Assembly: GCF_963921235.1 (NCBI RefSeq)
Contig: NC_086118.1
Span: 29,452,001-29,516,000 of the forward strand
Length of the DNA stretch: 64,000 nucleotides
Direction: 5' to 3'
Origin: Mobula hypostoma
Taxonomy: Eukaryota
Part shown: one piece after another, positions 23,751-35,200 of the stretch
Layout: every line of letters starts with the position of its first letter
Numbering within the stretch: the stretch's first letter is position 1
Translations under genes and position numbers: made by a program
Notes under the pieces: generated by a model
Databases searched by the model: none
Seen by the model: only the letters and a program-made list of their open reading frames with translations
What the model was told of the DNA's origin: nothing

Positions 23751-25455
23751 AATAATACATAATCAGACATGTACTACTGCTTATAAAATTGCTCAGAAGG
23801 CTAAAATTTTTGGACATTCACAAGCACCTCAATTTTAATGTTGCAATTTTATATTACAGCTTATTAAATTCATTGCAATCCTGACTTTACCTAATGATTG
23901 TTCTATGATTCAGTACATGTTGTATTTAGATCAATATATTTTTCTATTCAAACAACAGGCCAATTATTTAGATTACTCCTTTCTTCCAAGTCAAAGTCAA
24001 ACTCAGAATACATTTATTATCAAAAATTCTATAAATTATACAACCTTGAGATTTGTTTGCTTACAGGCTGCTGCAAAGCAAGGAACCCGAAAGAACCTAA
24101 TTAAAAAAAAATAAAGACCAACTCCCAATGTACAGAGAGAAAGAGAAAAAAATCAGATCATGCTAACAACACAAGCGATCAACAAGAGTGGCAACCTGAA
24201 CCAATTTGAGTACTTAGATCCGAGTCTCCAGAGCAGCTGGAGTATTCATTTCATCATATTAGTGGAGCAAATCACCGCAAAGTTCGCAGACACAAAGCAC
24301 GGTAGCCAGGGGCAGTCTTGCGTCCTTAGTGTAGAGTCGCGGAGCGAGGAGCGCACAGTCTATCTGGACTGGCACGTAAATTGTCCGAACAGTGGATTGC
24401 ACAAGGCACTAGGACCCGGGCCCTGTCGCAGTGAATCGCTCTGGGCCTAGAACACGGCACCCAGTGATCCACTTTGGGTCCAGATTTCGCTGTCGAAGAA
24501 GCTGAGGTGCCGAAATTTCATGTTAACGTCAATGCAACCAGTGCCGAATGTGTCGTGTGTTAAGAGTGAAGCAAGGGTAGCAAGGAAAAAACATTTGCCG
24601 TGGATTTTGAAGGGTTATTGAAACTCAGAGTTGTATATAGCAACATATATGTACTTCGATAATAAATTTACTTTGAGCTTTTGAATTTTGAACTTTAACT
24701 GCACGTTGGTAAGTTGAAGCACCTTTTTTCAGCAAGAAGTTGAAAGGCCCCATATCTGCTGATAAACAATGTCCATAAGGGAAAGCAACATCTCTGCTGA
24801 TGTACCAAAACTTGGCGGAGAAATATCTTGGCATGGATTCATTGTGTCACTTGTCTGGAAAGTGGGCATCATGCTAGAATCCCTGTGTTTGTGTAGATCT
24901 TAACGATTGAGGTGAGCCCAACCATAGTAAAGAGAGAGGATATTCCCTGCCGTGTCTGACAGGGAAAATCATTGTCAGAATTCTTCTCAATGGGCTCCTC
25001 TCAGCTGCAGAGGATCTCCTTCTGGAAACACTTTGCAGATTTTGTCCAGTTTGAGGCACAACCAAGATTATCTTCATTGTGTGACAAATCTAGGAAAAGT
25101 GGAGGGAGCAGTACCACTTCTTTGACCTTACAACAGTCTTTGACTTTGTCAACAAGAGTGAATGATGTAGGATGCGTCTCAAATTTGGCTGTGCTAAAAT
25201 ATTCATCACTTTCCTCCATCTGTTCCATGATGCTATACAAGCTGTGATCTTCATTGACAGATTCAAAACAGACTCAATCCCATTTGATTCCAATCCAGAA
25301 CTAAGATCACAACACCCTTACTCATTAAACTACACAGACAATGCAAACAAAGAACTTTTCACGCCTCTTTGAAGACAGCCTATGAAGTACTATTGACATG
25401 CAGTCTCTAATGAAAGGTAGTAAATAAACTGTTTATCCGTTGAGTTGCTTAAAGA

Positions 25456-26815
25456 ATTGAATTGAATTGTCTTGACTTTATTACTTACATCCTTCATATA
25501 CATGAGGAGTAAAATTCCTTACGTTATGTCTCTGTCTAAATGTGCAAAGTGCAATTTATAGTAATTTATAATAAATAGTATGTACAACAGGACGGTCAAT
25601 ATAACATGGAAACACAGGTGTGCCAGGATGAATTAATCAGTCTGATGGCCTGGTGGAAGAAGTTGTCCCAGAGCCTGTTGGTCCTGGCTTTTATGCTGCG
25701 GTACCATTTCCCGGATGGCAGCAACTGGAACAGGTTGTGGTTGGGGTGACTCAGGTCCTCAATAATCCTTTGGGCTCTTTTTACACACCTGTCTTTGTAA
25801 ATGTCCTGATTAGTGGGAAGTTCACAACTACAGATGCGCTGGGCTGTCCGCACCACTCTCTGCAGAGTCCTGCGATTGAGGGAGGTACAGTTCCCATACC
25901 CAGGCAGTGATGCAACAAGTCAGAATGCTCTCAATTGTGCCGCTGTAGAAAGTTCATAGGATATGGGAGTCCATACCAAACTTCTTCAACTGTCTGAGGT
26001 GAAAGTGGCACTGTTGTGCCTTTTTCACCACACGGCCGATATTTACAGACCACGTGAAATCCTCTGTGATGTCTATGCCAAGAAACTTAAAGCTGTTCAC
26101 ACTCTCAGCCCCAGATCCATTGATATCAATAGGGGTTAGCCTGTTTCCATCCCTCCTGAAGTCCACAACCAGCTCCTTTGTCCTTGCCACATTGAGGGAG
26201 AAGTTGTTTTCCTGACACCACTGTGACAGGGTGATGATTTCTCTGTAGGCTGACTAATTATTATTTGAGATTAGGCCAATCAGTGTAGTGTCATCAGCAA
26301 ATTTAATTAGCTGTTTGGAGCTGTGGGTGGTGACACAGACATGGGTATACAGAGAGTAAAGGAGGGGGCTTAGGACACAACTCTGAGGGGCACCAGTGTT
26401 GAGGTTCAGAGGGGCAGAGATGAGGGAGCCCACTCTTACCACCTGCTGGCGACCTGACAGGAAGTCCAGGATCCAGCTACACAAGGCAGGGTGAAGGCTG
26501 AGGTCTCTGAGCTTCTTGTCGAGCTTGGAGGGAATTATGGTGTTAAATGCTGAATTGTAGTCCAAGAGCAGATTTCTCACATAAGCATCCTTCTTCTCCA
26601 GATGTGTAGAGCTGTGGCTATTGTGTCATCTGTCGATCGGTTGTGTCGGTAGGTGAACTGTAGGGGGTCCAGTATGGGTGGTAGCAAGCTGCAGATGTAG
26701 TCCTTGACCAGGCTCTCAAAGCATTTGCTTATTATTGAGGTGATTGCGACAGGCCACCAGTCTTTCAGACATGTTACCTTGGTCTTCTTAGGTACAAGAA
26801 CAATGGTGGATGCAA
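25456..26815 (-). mobile_element. Rex1/Babar LINE, RT and 3' end
   Basis: LLDYNSAFNTIIP...GAPQSCVLSPLLYSLYT...IKFADDTTLIGLI; TKELVVDFRR; HPNHNLFQLLPSGK; (AATTC)n tail. Confidence 0.9.
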
Positions 26816-26884
26816 TGCCCAGAAACAGAAAAATAAATAATCCCCCTACTGTGTTCAGTGCTCCTGCTGCAACCTCCTCTACAT

Positions 26885-27508
26885 TAGATTAGATTATGAA
26901 GACACACAGTCCTCTTTTATTGTCATTTAGTAATGCATGCATTAAGAAATGATACAATATTTCCTCCGGTGTGATATCACAAAACACAGGACAGACCAAG
27001 GCTGTAAAAAACTAATAAAACCACATAATTATAACATATAGTTACAACAGTGCAACAATACCAAAACTTGATGAAGAAGTCCATGAGCACAGTAAAAGTT
27101 CAAAGTCTCTCAAATGTCCCACATCTCACGCAGACGGGAGAAGGAAGAAAAACTCTCCCTGCCATACCCGACCACGGTCCGACTCTGAGTCATCTGAAAA
27201 CTTCGAGCTCTGATCAGCCCTCCAACACCAAGTACTGAGCGCCATCTCTATCCGAACGATTCAACCTCCATCTTGGTCGCCAACAGCAGGCAAAGCCGGG
27301 GATTTTGAGGCCTCCCCTCCGAAAGATTCCCGAGCGCGCAGTAACGACAGCAGCGAACGAGCGTTTCAGAAATTTTTCTAGATGTTCCTCTGTGCTTTCA
27401 TGTCCATCTCCATCAAATCAGAATTGTCCACAGCCCCTATTTAACGGATACGATATCATTTTTCACCAGAGGGCTGCGCACGTGCGGCGCGCTGCTCGCT
27501 CTCCTCCT
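26885..27508 (-). mobile_element. Non-autonomous retroelement with CpG-rich 5' end and (AATCT)n tail
   Basis: 3' half shared with 14350-14618; CpG-rich head gagcgagcagcgcgccgcacgtgcgcag; no coding capacity recognised. Confidence 0.65.
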
Positions 27509-28006
27509 GCCCATCGTAAATTGGGGGACTGCTTCGGTGAGCACCTTTGCACCGTCCGACACAAGCCGGACTTCCTGATGGCCAAACATTTTAATTCCAA
27601 TTCCCATTCCCATTCTGGCAACTCAGTCCAAGGCCTCCTCTTGTGCCAAGATGAGGCCACCCTTCCAATTGGGTACCCTCAAACATGATAGCATCAGTAT
27701 TGACTTCTCCTTCCAGTAAACAAATTCTCTCCCTCTCCTTTATTCCCCACTCTGACCTTTCACTTCTTCTCACCTGTCTGTTACTTCCCCCCGGATCCCA
27801 TCTTCCTTCCCTTTCTCCTATAATCCACTTTCCTTTCCTATCAGATTCCTTCTTCTCCAACCCTTCATCTGCCTCACCCACCTGGCTTCGCCTATCACCT
27901 TCCTGCCAGCCTCTTTCCCCTCCTCCCACATTTTTATTGCGGCATCTTTCCCCTCCCTTCTCAGCCCTGAAGAAGAGTCTCGGCCCAAAACGTCAACTAC
28001 CTATTC
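27509..28006 (+). mobile_element. Penelope-like element 3' part, resuming at ~32404-32460 after the hAT insertion
   Basis: HRKLGDCFGEHL.TVRHK...AKHFNS.SHS GIY-YIG segment, pyrimidine spacer, degraded ctgaagaagagtctcggcccaaaacgtc; the tail atttccatagatggtgcctgatctgctgagttcctccagcattttgtgtg resumes at 32404. Confidence 0.85.
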
Positions 28007-28187
28007 CAGTGTTTCCCAACTGTTTCTAGCCCAATGCCCCCCTAAAGCACTTTCATACCTGCCAACGCCCCTCTTAGGCACAATATACTTTCTGGCACCC
28101 CCCAGCCAGTGTAAAAACACGTCTGCCATATGCTAACATGAGAAAAGTGATTCTGCTTTAAATTTTTATTTGTCTAGCTTACACAGT

Positions 28188-28624
28188 TGTTCGTCCATCG
28201 TCGACGTCGATGAGGACCTTGACACTTTTGATGGTGTCGAGACTAGCGCATGATTTGGATTTAGGTGAAGGAGAGTTGCGCAGCGTCAGCCTCACTCTCT
28301 CTTCCCAATTCCCATCTGGATCCAGTGGCAAGACAATGTTGAGATGGCTGGAGATGGGACTAGGCGCAGTGGATGACCAGGACGTCTTCTGTGTCTTGTC
28401 CTGCTCTACACGTTCCACGACACCTGCAGAGACTGCCTTCTTGACCGTTGGACCTTCTATTGGTCTCATCCGCTCAAGCCGCCGGAGTCTGTCTTCACAT
28501 GCTGGGATAGACAAACTCCCTGTCTCATCGAGGGTTTGAGACCCGTCGGCTACCCTCACCTGGTTTAGCCGGCTTGTCGAAGCCGTTGCCCGGGGTGTGG
28601 CCGCTGTCGCATGCAAACAGCTAC
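28188..28624 (-). mobile_element. RTE-derived non-autonomous element
   Basis: 12-bp TSD agcttacacagt (28176-28187, 28625-28636); RTE-like 3' end (rc tgttcgtccatcgtc...gaggacc) and RTE 5'-like ctaccctcacctggtttagcc; CpGs retained. Confidence 0.75.
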
Positions 28625-29185
28625 AGCTTACACAGTACCTTTGTGCTGTACAGCAGCTTTGATATCAATGTGATCCTTAAGCTTAATGGTTTTTAGCAAA
28701 AGTTGAAATATCTGGTTCAAATTGTGACAGCAAAAGCCTTAAGTCCCCATGCATAACAATGTCCTAGTGGTCTCTTTTTTTTTGTGAGTATGTGGTTCAC
28801 TGCACTGAAACCTTTTTCAACAAGATAGGAGGATGGAAATGCAATGAAGAGCAGTTTAGCTCTTCTCCAAAGACCAGAAAACTTTGTATTTCAGTGTAAC
28901 CACATACCACAAAAGCTGACTTTTTGAAAAGCATTGTTTCTTCTTCATCATTCTGAATTTTGATACGTTCTTCTTACAAGCTCTCTTCCTATTCTTCTAC
29001 CTTGCAAAGAAATGGTTTAATTACGCAGTTCAGAATTTCCAGATCATTCAAATCCTTGAATCAATTCTGAAAACCCTTCTTCAGTAACTTCAGGTGTAAG
29101 CAGTACTCTTGCAAATCATCGTCTGTGAAAGACAGTGCCATACTTCCCATGCAGGGAAACTGTGAGAACATTCTTCTCCCAATAT

Positions 29186-29890
29186 TCAGAATCAGGTTTA
29201 TTATCATCAGCATGTGCTGTGAAATTTGTTAACTTAGCAGCAGCAGTTCAACGATAGTATAGAAAGAAAAAAAGTAAATCAATTACAGTATGTACACACA
29301 CACATATATATATGTACATACTGTAATTGATTTACTTTTTTTCTTTCTATATTATCGTTATATATATATGTTGAATAGATTAAAAATAGTGCAAAAACAG
29401 AAATAATTTATATTTAAAAAGTGATAGTTCATGGGCTCAATGTCCATTTAGGAATCGGATGGCAGAGGGGGGAAATGCTGTTCCTGAATCACTGAGCGTG
29501 TGCCTTCTGGCTTCTGTAGCTCCTTCCTGATGTTAACAATGAAAAGAGGGCATGCTCTTGGTGATGTGAGTCCTTAATAATGGACATCACTTTTCTGATG
29601 TCTTTGATACTATGGAGGCTAGTACCTAAGATGGAGCTGACTAATTTTATGAATTTCTGTAGCTTATTTCAGTCCTGTGCAGTAGCCCCTTCCCCGCTCC
29701 CCCCGCTCCCCCGGTAACAGACAATGATGCAGACTGTCAGAATGTTCTCCACGGTACAAATATATGAGTTGACAAACCAAATCTCTTCAAACTCCTAATG
29801 AAATATAGCCACCGTCTTGCCTTCTCTATAGTTGTATCGATATGCTGGGACTAGGTTGGATCCTCAGAGATCTTGACACCCAGGAGACTG
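29186..29890 (-). mobile_element. Rex1/Babar LINE 3' fragment inside the hAT transposase
   Basis: tcagaatcaggtttattatca tail; closely similar to 42300-43245. Confidence 0.85.
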
Positions 29891-30419
29891 AAATTCTTTT
29901 TTCCTAAGTGCCACTAAACCAGCATGGTGACCTGTTATATATGGTGCTCCATCTGTTGCACAAGAAATCATGCTCCTAATTAAAATATTTTTATCCTCAA
30001 TGTATATTTTGAGCTCGTTGTAGATTGATCCTCTGTTGATATTTGTTTTTAACTTTTTACAAAAGAAAATCTCTTCATAAACCTTTCCATTTTTGATAAA
30101 CCGTACATATGCCATTAGCAATACCTTGTCTCAATGTCTTCGTTCATTTCATCAGTACTACAAGCTACAGAGTTATTACTCAGAGGAATTGATTTTAAAA
30201 TATTTTGAGAACAGCGGTGACCACTTCTGATACTGCTGGCATTAATAATCTTTCACCAATTGTATGAGATTTTCCACACTTTGCTATCATTTTGGAAATG
30301 TTATAAGTAGCAATGAGACCACTATCCGGGTCATTTTTAGCTTTCTTGGCAAATGACTCAAGTGTGCAACACTTTTCAAATGCTTCTTTCATCTTCTGGA
30401 ACTGAGTAATACCATAATT

Positions 30420-31924
30420 TGTCATGGTCCGGATCAGGGTCCCTTTAAATTTACTTTGTTTATGTTACTATCCGGGCTGTTGACTCCTTGTTTCCCTTTG
30501 ATTCCCTGTTTTCACGTGTCCCTCGGCCTTGGTGATTGGAGGCAATTAACTCTCAGCTGAACCAGTAGTTTATAGTCTCCGGCTTTCAGCCGTTCAGCGC
30601 GGGAGTGTCTGCAAAGTCACCAAAGGTACGGCGTGCCAATGTCCTCTGGCCGGAACAAGCCTAGTCTCCGCCTGAAGCGAGTGCCAGTTATTCGCCTTTC
30701 CTCACCGGAGCAACCCTGTCAGGTTACCTTGCCAAAGCGAGCCTGCAGTTTCCTCACCCAGGTGGGTCTGTCAGTTAACCCGCCGGAGGGAATCAAGAAC
30801 CGCTGTCTACTGTTCCCGGGCCGAGTCGAGAGCTTGCAGCTACCCGGAGGCTCCAAGTCAAGTCCTAGCTCCGGGGGCATTCAAGTACTGAGCCAAGTCC
30901 CGTCCCTGGTGGCATCCAAGTTCCAAGTCGAGTCGAGTCCTGGCCCTGGTGGCATCCAAGTTCCTAGTTGAGTCTTGGCCCTGGTGGCTTCCAAGTTCCG
31001 AGTCAAGTCCTGGCCCTGGCGACTTCCAAGTTCCGAGTCGAGTCCTGGTCCTGGCGGCATCCAAGTTCTGAGTCGAGTCTTGGCCCTGGCGGCTTCCAAG
31101 TTCCGAGTCAAGTCCTGGCTTTGGCGGTCTGTGATTCCTGTCCTACCCCCCGACTGAATCCCTTCTCTGCCCCTCTCGCCTCTAGCCCTCGTCTGCAGCC
31201 CTCGCCTGCACTTCAGTCTAGTTCTATCGCCGGAGCTAGCTAGGTACTGTCTGGTGTTCTTTCATGTTGGTCTTGTCTTGTCTTGTCTTGTCCTCGCCTC
31301 CGTGGGGTAAGTCAGGCTGTCTTGCCATTGCCCCGCGGGGGGTCATGTCTTGTCTTGTCTTGTCCTCGCCTCCGTGGGGTAAGTCAGGCCGTCTTGCCGT
31401 TACCCCACGGGGGGTCGTGAGTCCCGGTTCTATGTCCTGTCCTGTACTCCAGGAGGGGTCTCGGCTCTCTGTTCTGTGTGTGAGTCCCGGCCCTATGTCC
31501 TGTACCCAAGGAGGGGTCCCGACTCTGTGTTCTGCGTATGTGTTCATGTTCCATGTACCTGCTCTCCCGAGACCGAGGCTCTGTTTTCCCATGTTCCTCC
31601 TCTCCCTAGCCCATGTCATATCCATGCCTGGTTCTGGGGTCCGAGCCCGAGGCAAGACCCAGGTACTGGATCCTTGCCCAGTCTCTGGCTCGGAGTCCAT
31701 ACCCTAGCCTCTTCATGTCTCCTCTAGTTCTGGGATCCGATTCTGAGTCCTAGCCCAGATCCTTGGTCCCAGCCTAGTCATAGTCCTCAGTCCTTGTCCA
31801 GTTCGCTATTCCTGCTTCTGCTTTGCTGTCCTGGTATCAATCAATAAACTCAAGTTTATTAACCTCACAACATGTGTCTTGCATTTGGGTCCACCCTTGC
31901 TCCCAATGCCCCCCCATTGTGACA
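30420..31924 (+). mobile_element. Solo LTR (1505 bp)
   Basis: TGTCA...TGACA termini, perfect 5-bp TSD TAATT (30415-30419, 31925-31929), TATA-like tttatag near 30570, AATAAA near 31843; hAT coding sequence resumes on both sides. Confidence 0.92.
30852..31128. repeat. 35-bp minisatellite inside the LTR (~7-8 units)
   Basis: Unit ccaagttccgagtcgagtcctggccctggcggc(a/t)t starting at 30916, 30956, 30991, 31026, 31061 and 31096, with diverged copies upstream. Confidence 0.95.
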
Positions 31925-32489
31925 TAATTAGCCTTTTCAGGGTGACTGTTACAGGAGTGTTCTTGCAATCTTGATGATTTCATCGGTTCCTTAGACAGTG
32001 CAGTATTACAAATACGACACACTGAGTGTCGCTGACCTAATGGGAACAGAATAAATCCATACCCCAGGTATATAACATTATATTGATGCACTTTCTGTAG
32101 TTTGTTTCTAAGTAGGATTAGAATTCAAGGCTTCACCACCTTCAGTCTCAAAGAGATAGTGGCTCAGATATTTATCCATTATTAACGGGGCTAAATTTAA
32201 GTAAAATATAAAATAAACTGGGAATGCCTATTGGATGTTGATGCTGGCTGCAAGTTAATATGGTCGGTCAGGTTTTGTGCCTCAAGTTAGGGTGCCGCTT
32301 ACCACCACCCCCCGAGAATTTTAAATGGCCCCCAACAACTTCTATTTCCCCTAATGCCCCCTTAGGACATGTAACTGCCCCATTGGGAATCATTTATCTA
32401 TTAATTTCCATAGATGGTGCCTGATCTGCTGAGTTCCTCCAGCATTTTGTGTGTCTTGCTCAATAATCCCTCAAGGATTTTTTTCTCCG

Positions 32490-33035
32490 GGGTAATATTG
32501 AATATTGAGCAAGGTGTAAATATTGGCCAATATCGGCCCCTCAGCCACTCTTACTCCTTTTCAATACAGTGTTTTAGGATCTTCTAAACCCTGCTGGGCT
32601 TAGATGGGTGATGAAGGTCAGTAATATGGAAGTGTTGAAGAGAGTGAGGGGAGAGAAAAGGAGTTGCTGAAGAATGTGCAGAAAAGGAAGCTGGAATATG
32701 CTGGGCACTTGTTAAGAGGTGGTGGACTGCAGAGATTGTTATTGGAAGGGATGATAGAAGGAAAGAGGGAGAGAGGAAGGCAGCGAACCACTTGGTACGA
32801 TAATGTGAGGCAATGGACTGGGTTGAGTTATGCTGAGGCCATAAAAAGAGCGCAAGATCAAAGAAGATGGAGGTGCACAGCTGCCAACCCCAGATTCGGG
32901 ACGGCACCCACTGACTGACAGACTGAAACCCTGCTGAGAAAAAAAAAGCATGGCATCAGTTTAAGGTCTCCTCTGAAAGACCACACCTTCTATTGGCATA
33001 GCAGCCCTCAGTTCTTCACTGAAATACCAGCCATG
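32490..33035. mobile_element. Old Deu-domain SINE remnant split by an RTE insertion
   Basis: cagtttaaggtctcctctgaaagaccacacc...gcagccctcagttcttcactgaa resembles the recalled Deu/SacSINE1 core; similar remnants near 15690-15880 and 59457-59620. Confidence 0.5.
32597..32925 (+). mobile_element. RTE-clade LINE 3' end
   Basis: KRKLEYAGHLLR...LLLEGMIEGKRERGRQRTTWYDNV...AQDQRRWR; (CTGA)n tail; 11-bp TSD aaaccctgctg. Confidence 0.9.
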
Positions 33036-33402
33036 TCCACATGATAAAAATGAGGCAAGAAACAATGTATTGTACATGACAGCAGTTCAGGTAATGGAAA
33101 TTCACCCTTATGGAATTCACAAACCACAGCAAAATATCTGAGATATGTTATTACAGAATATATGTGAGAAAATAATAACTAATTAAGCACAAAATGGGAA
33201 AGAAAAAATCATATTTTGATAATTTTTGTCAAGGGCTTGTATTGCAAAATTAATATGGATAATATACTAGGAACATAAAACTCCTCTGTAATGCAGGAGC
33301 ATAAATGTAATTTCAACCTTCAAGAAAAAAATGAAGCTGTTTTCCCCAGGATGTATGTCAAACTATTTTTCCATAAACAACTGGAAACTGAAGAACTCCA
33401 TA

Positions 33403-33971
33403 TTCCTGGAGTATTGTGTGCAGTTTTGGTCCCCTAATCTGAGGAAAGACATCTTTGCCATAGAGGGAGTACAAAGAAGGTTCACCAGATTGATTCCTGG
33501 GATGGCAGGACTTTCATATGAAGAAAGATTGGATGAACTGGGCTTGTACTCGTTGGAATTTAGAAGATTGAGGGGGGATCTGATTGAAACGTATAAGATC
33601 CTAAAGGGATTGGACAGGCTAGATGCAGGAAGATTGTTCCCGATGTTGGGGAAGTCCAGAACGAGGGGTCACAGTTTGAGGATAGAGGGGAAGCCTTTTA
33701 GGACTGAGAGTAGGAAAAACTTCTTCACACAGAGAGTGGTGAATCTGTGGAATTCTCTGCCACAGGAAACTGTTGAGGCCAGTTCATTGGCTATGTTTAA
33801 GAGGGAGTTAGATATGGCCCTTGTGGCTACAGGGATCAGGGGGTATGGAGGGAAGGCTGGGGCGGGGTTCTGAGTTGGATGATCAGCCATGATCATAATA
33901 AATGGCGGTGCAGGCTCGAAGGGCCGAATGGCCTACTCCTGCACCTATTTTCTATGTTTCTATGTTTCTAT
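33403..33971 (+). mobile_element. Young CR1 LINE 3' fragment
   Basis: Uninterrupted LEYCVQFWSP...IEGVQRRFTRLIPG...RRLRGDLIETYKIL...TRGHSL...FFTQRVVNLWNSLP; (TTTCTATG)n tail. Confidence 0.95.
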
Positions 33972-34242
33972 ATTCACAGCTTTCTGCCTTTGATCTCCTT
34001 TGAGTTGCTATATTTTAATAATACACATTTTAATGTTTAATGCTTTCATCAAAAAAGGTTAAATGGAATGTATATGCCTTGATTGTGAAAGGGAAGTTTG
34101 GAGTGATATGGAGGCCAATGATCCAAAGGTCAATATCATGCTTCAGCCACAGGAGGTCTAACAACATTGTAAACCTCTTTATTTGCATGCACATGATTTT
34201 ACAATTCTGGTACACAGGAGAAGGCCATTTACTTCTAAATGT

Positions 34243-35200
34243 AAATACAAGAGATTCTGCAGATGCTGGAAGTCCAGAGCAACACACATAAAAAGCTGGA
34301 GAAACCCAACAGGTCAGGCAGCATCTCTGTAGAGGATTAAGGAGCTGATGTTTTGTGATGAGACCTTTCATCACGACTGGAAAGAAAGGAGGAAGAATCC
34401 AGAACAAGAAAGCGGGGGGAGGCGAAGGAGTACAAGTTGGAAAGTGAAAAGTGAGGCCAGATGAGTGGGAAGGTAGATGGGTCGGAATAAAGTGAGAAGC
34501 TGGGAGGTAATTTGTGGAAAAGGTAAAGGCTGAAGAAGAAGGAGTCTGATAGGAGAGGAGAGCGGATCATGGGAGAAAGGGAAAGGTGAGGGGATCCAGA
34601 AAGGGTTGATAGGCAGGGGAGAAGAAAGAAGGGGTAAACGGAGAATTAGAATGGGGAATGGAAAAGGAGAAGAGAGGAAGAGGTAGAAATTACTTGATGC
34701 TGGAGAAATCAATGTTCCTGCAGTCAGGTAGGAGGTTACCCAGTCAGAATATAAAGTTTGACTCATTGTGGTAGTAGAGAAGATCATGGACCAAACTGTC
34801 ATCACGAGAATGGGGAGAAGAATTAAAATTTTTGGCTATTGGGAAATCCTTCCTGTTGCGAACGAAGCGAAGGTACTTGACTTGCGGGTGGAGTGATGCC
34901 TCATCTGGAAGGACTGTTTTGGGCACCGAATGGTGCTGAGGGAGGAGGTGAATGGGCAGGTAGAGCAAATGTTCCACTTGCAGCATTAAGTGCCAGGAGG
35001 GAGACCAGTGGGGAGGGATGAATGGGCAGGGGAGTCATGGAGATCCCCGCAGAAAGTGGAGATTTATGGTGGCAGGTAAAGATGTGTTTAGTGGTAGGAT
35101 CCTATTGACTACAGCAATCATTCACCTCCTCCCTTAATTCTTCTCCATAGATCCTACCTGGCCTGCTGATTTCCTGCAGTACTTTGCGTGTTTTGCTTCT
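34243..35200 (-). mobile_element. Penelope-like element with short inverted end
   Basis: GIY-YIG remnant YLRFVRNRKDFPIAKNFNSSPH; terminal repeat at 34243-34385 with degraded hammerhead; inverted copy at ~35135-35200. Confidence 0.8.

Larger units (their letters stand above)
28007..32395 (-). mobile_element. hAT (Charlie/Buster-type) DNA transposon, fragmented by three insertions
   Basis: Termini cagtgtttcccaa and ttgggaatcattt with imperfect 8-bp TSD (acctattc / atctatta); transposase pieces YLGYGF...CRICNTALSKEPMKSSRLQEH...HPEK, IAKCGKSHTIGERLLMPA, LMAYVRF, CATDGAP. Confidence 0.85.

Noticed and set aside
30852..31128. Regularly spaced repeats resembling a CRISPR array
   Set aside because: Contiguous tandem units with no unique spacers, inside a eukaryotic LTR, with no cas genes.
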